This document shows positions 63,266-64,000 of a DNA stretch of 64,000 nucleotides, piece by piece. The notes beneath the pieces were generated by a model, which worked only from the letters and a program-made list of their open reading frames with translations, was not told the DNA's origin and ran no database searches. Made by a program: the position numbers and the translations under genes. Source of the DNA: the human T2T-CHM13v2.0 reference genome, Homo sapiens; the NCBI RefSeq assembly GCF_009914755.1, contig NC_060934.1; one strand, written 5' to 3'. The first letter of the stretch is position 1; every line of letters begins with the position of its first letter.

Positions 63266-63904
63266 TAGGCTATAAACTTTATTAAGGAGTGAGTTTTGGG
63301 TTCCTGGAGAGATTTTTTTTATGCACATGAAAAATAATTACGACTCTAGAAAGTCGTCTCTTCTCCCAAGGCGAAGGATTACCTTCCCTCTAGAATGACA
63401 GGTGACTCATCCATCAACTCCTGCGAGTTTAATTCCTCAACATGTGTCCTTTGCCTTAGCTGCATGTTTGTAAGTGTCCGCTTCTGTAGCTCTCTGGCTT
63501 CCTGGAGGCTCCGGGACGTCGACCTCGTCATCCTGGGTTGCTGCCCTGCAGGGCCCTGGCAGCTGCTGGTTCACATGTGCGCCTTGTGCTCTGGGAAGGG
63601 CACTGAAGAGCTGCTGCCCTGCTAGTGGCCCTGAGCCTTGAAGAAGGTCTACACTGGCTGGTTGCCGTCTGCACTTCTGTACTTTAGTCCTGTGGATGTG
63701 CAGTCCGTGTTGTGGGTCAAGATCAAGCACTGGGCCAAGACAGAAAAGCCAAGTCGCTGTCTTACGCTGCCTACCAAGCAGAAGGGAACGATGATCCCAT
63801 AATCCTCCCAACAGGCAGGAGAGGCCCTTGGAATTGCAAGGGAGGTACCACCTTACAATGAAATGTAATTTTGCTTTCATAAGTGCGTTATGTACCTAGG
63901 TTTT

Positions 63905-64000
63905 AAAAGAAATGGTCTCACTCTGTCGCACAGGCTGGAGTGCGGTGGGGAGATCATGGCTCACTGCAGCCTCAAACTCCTGGGCTCAAGCAATCCTCCT
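63905..64000 (-). mobile_element. Antisense AluJ, cut by the window edge
   Basis: ggtctcactctgtcgcacaggctggagtgc..ctgggctcaagcaatcctcc. Confidence 0.88.

Noticed and set aside
63612-63630. Second CTCF site (minus-strand CCACTAGCAGGGCAG)
   Set aside because: An extra base breaks the core spacing; weak match.

Overview
Primate (human-like) genomic DNA, dense in Alu/L1/L2/MIR repeats. It holds the 3' half of MLLT10 (AF10, the DOT1L cofactor and KMT2A/PICALM fusion partner) on the + strand. I traced 13 coding exons, lettered A-M within this window (424-61056). All have GT-AG boundaries and join into one continuous reading frame that includes the octapeptide motif EQLLERQW, the leucine zipper and the Gln/His-rich C-terminus. 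A ~1.65-kb 3' UTR with two poly(A) signals follows. Gene identity rests on my recall of the AF10 protein sequence, not a database search. I see no new gene system. The most interesting structures are: (i) a 45-bp tandem duplication of a splice acceptor whose upstream copy has lost its AG, which would otherwise add an in-frame stop; (ii) a dual-frame penultimate exon giving two C-termini; (iii) a leucine-zipper exon with a tract-less tandem acceptor that can be skipped in frame; (iv) tail-to-tail inverted Alus 15 nt apart around a perfect palindrome just upstream of an exon; (v) a ~480-bp GAA/GGA array grown from an Alu tail inside an intact TSD; (vi) an end-to-end antisense L1MA relic; (vii) several candidate poison or recursive exons; (viii) a candidate convergent antisense terminal exon past the gene end. 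Repeat boundaries are approximate and subfamily calls are by eye.
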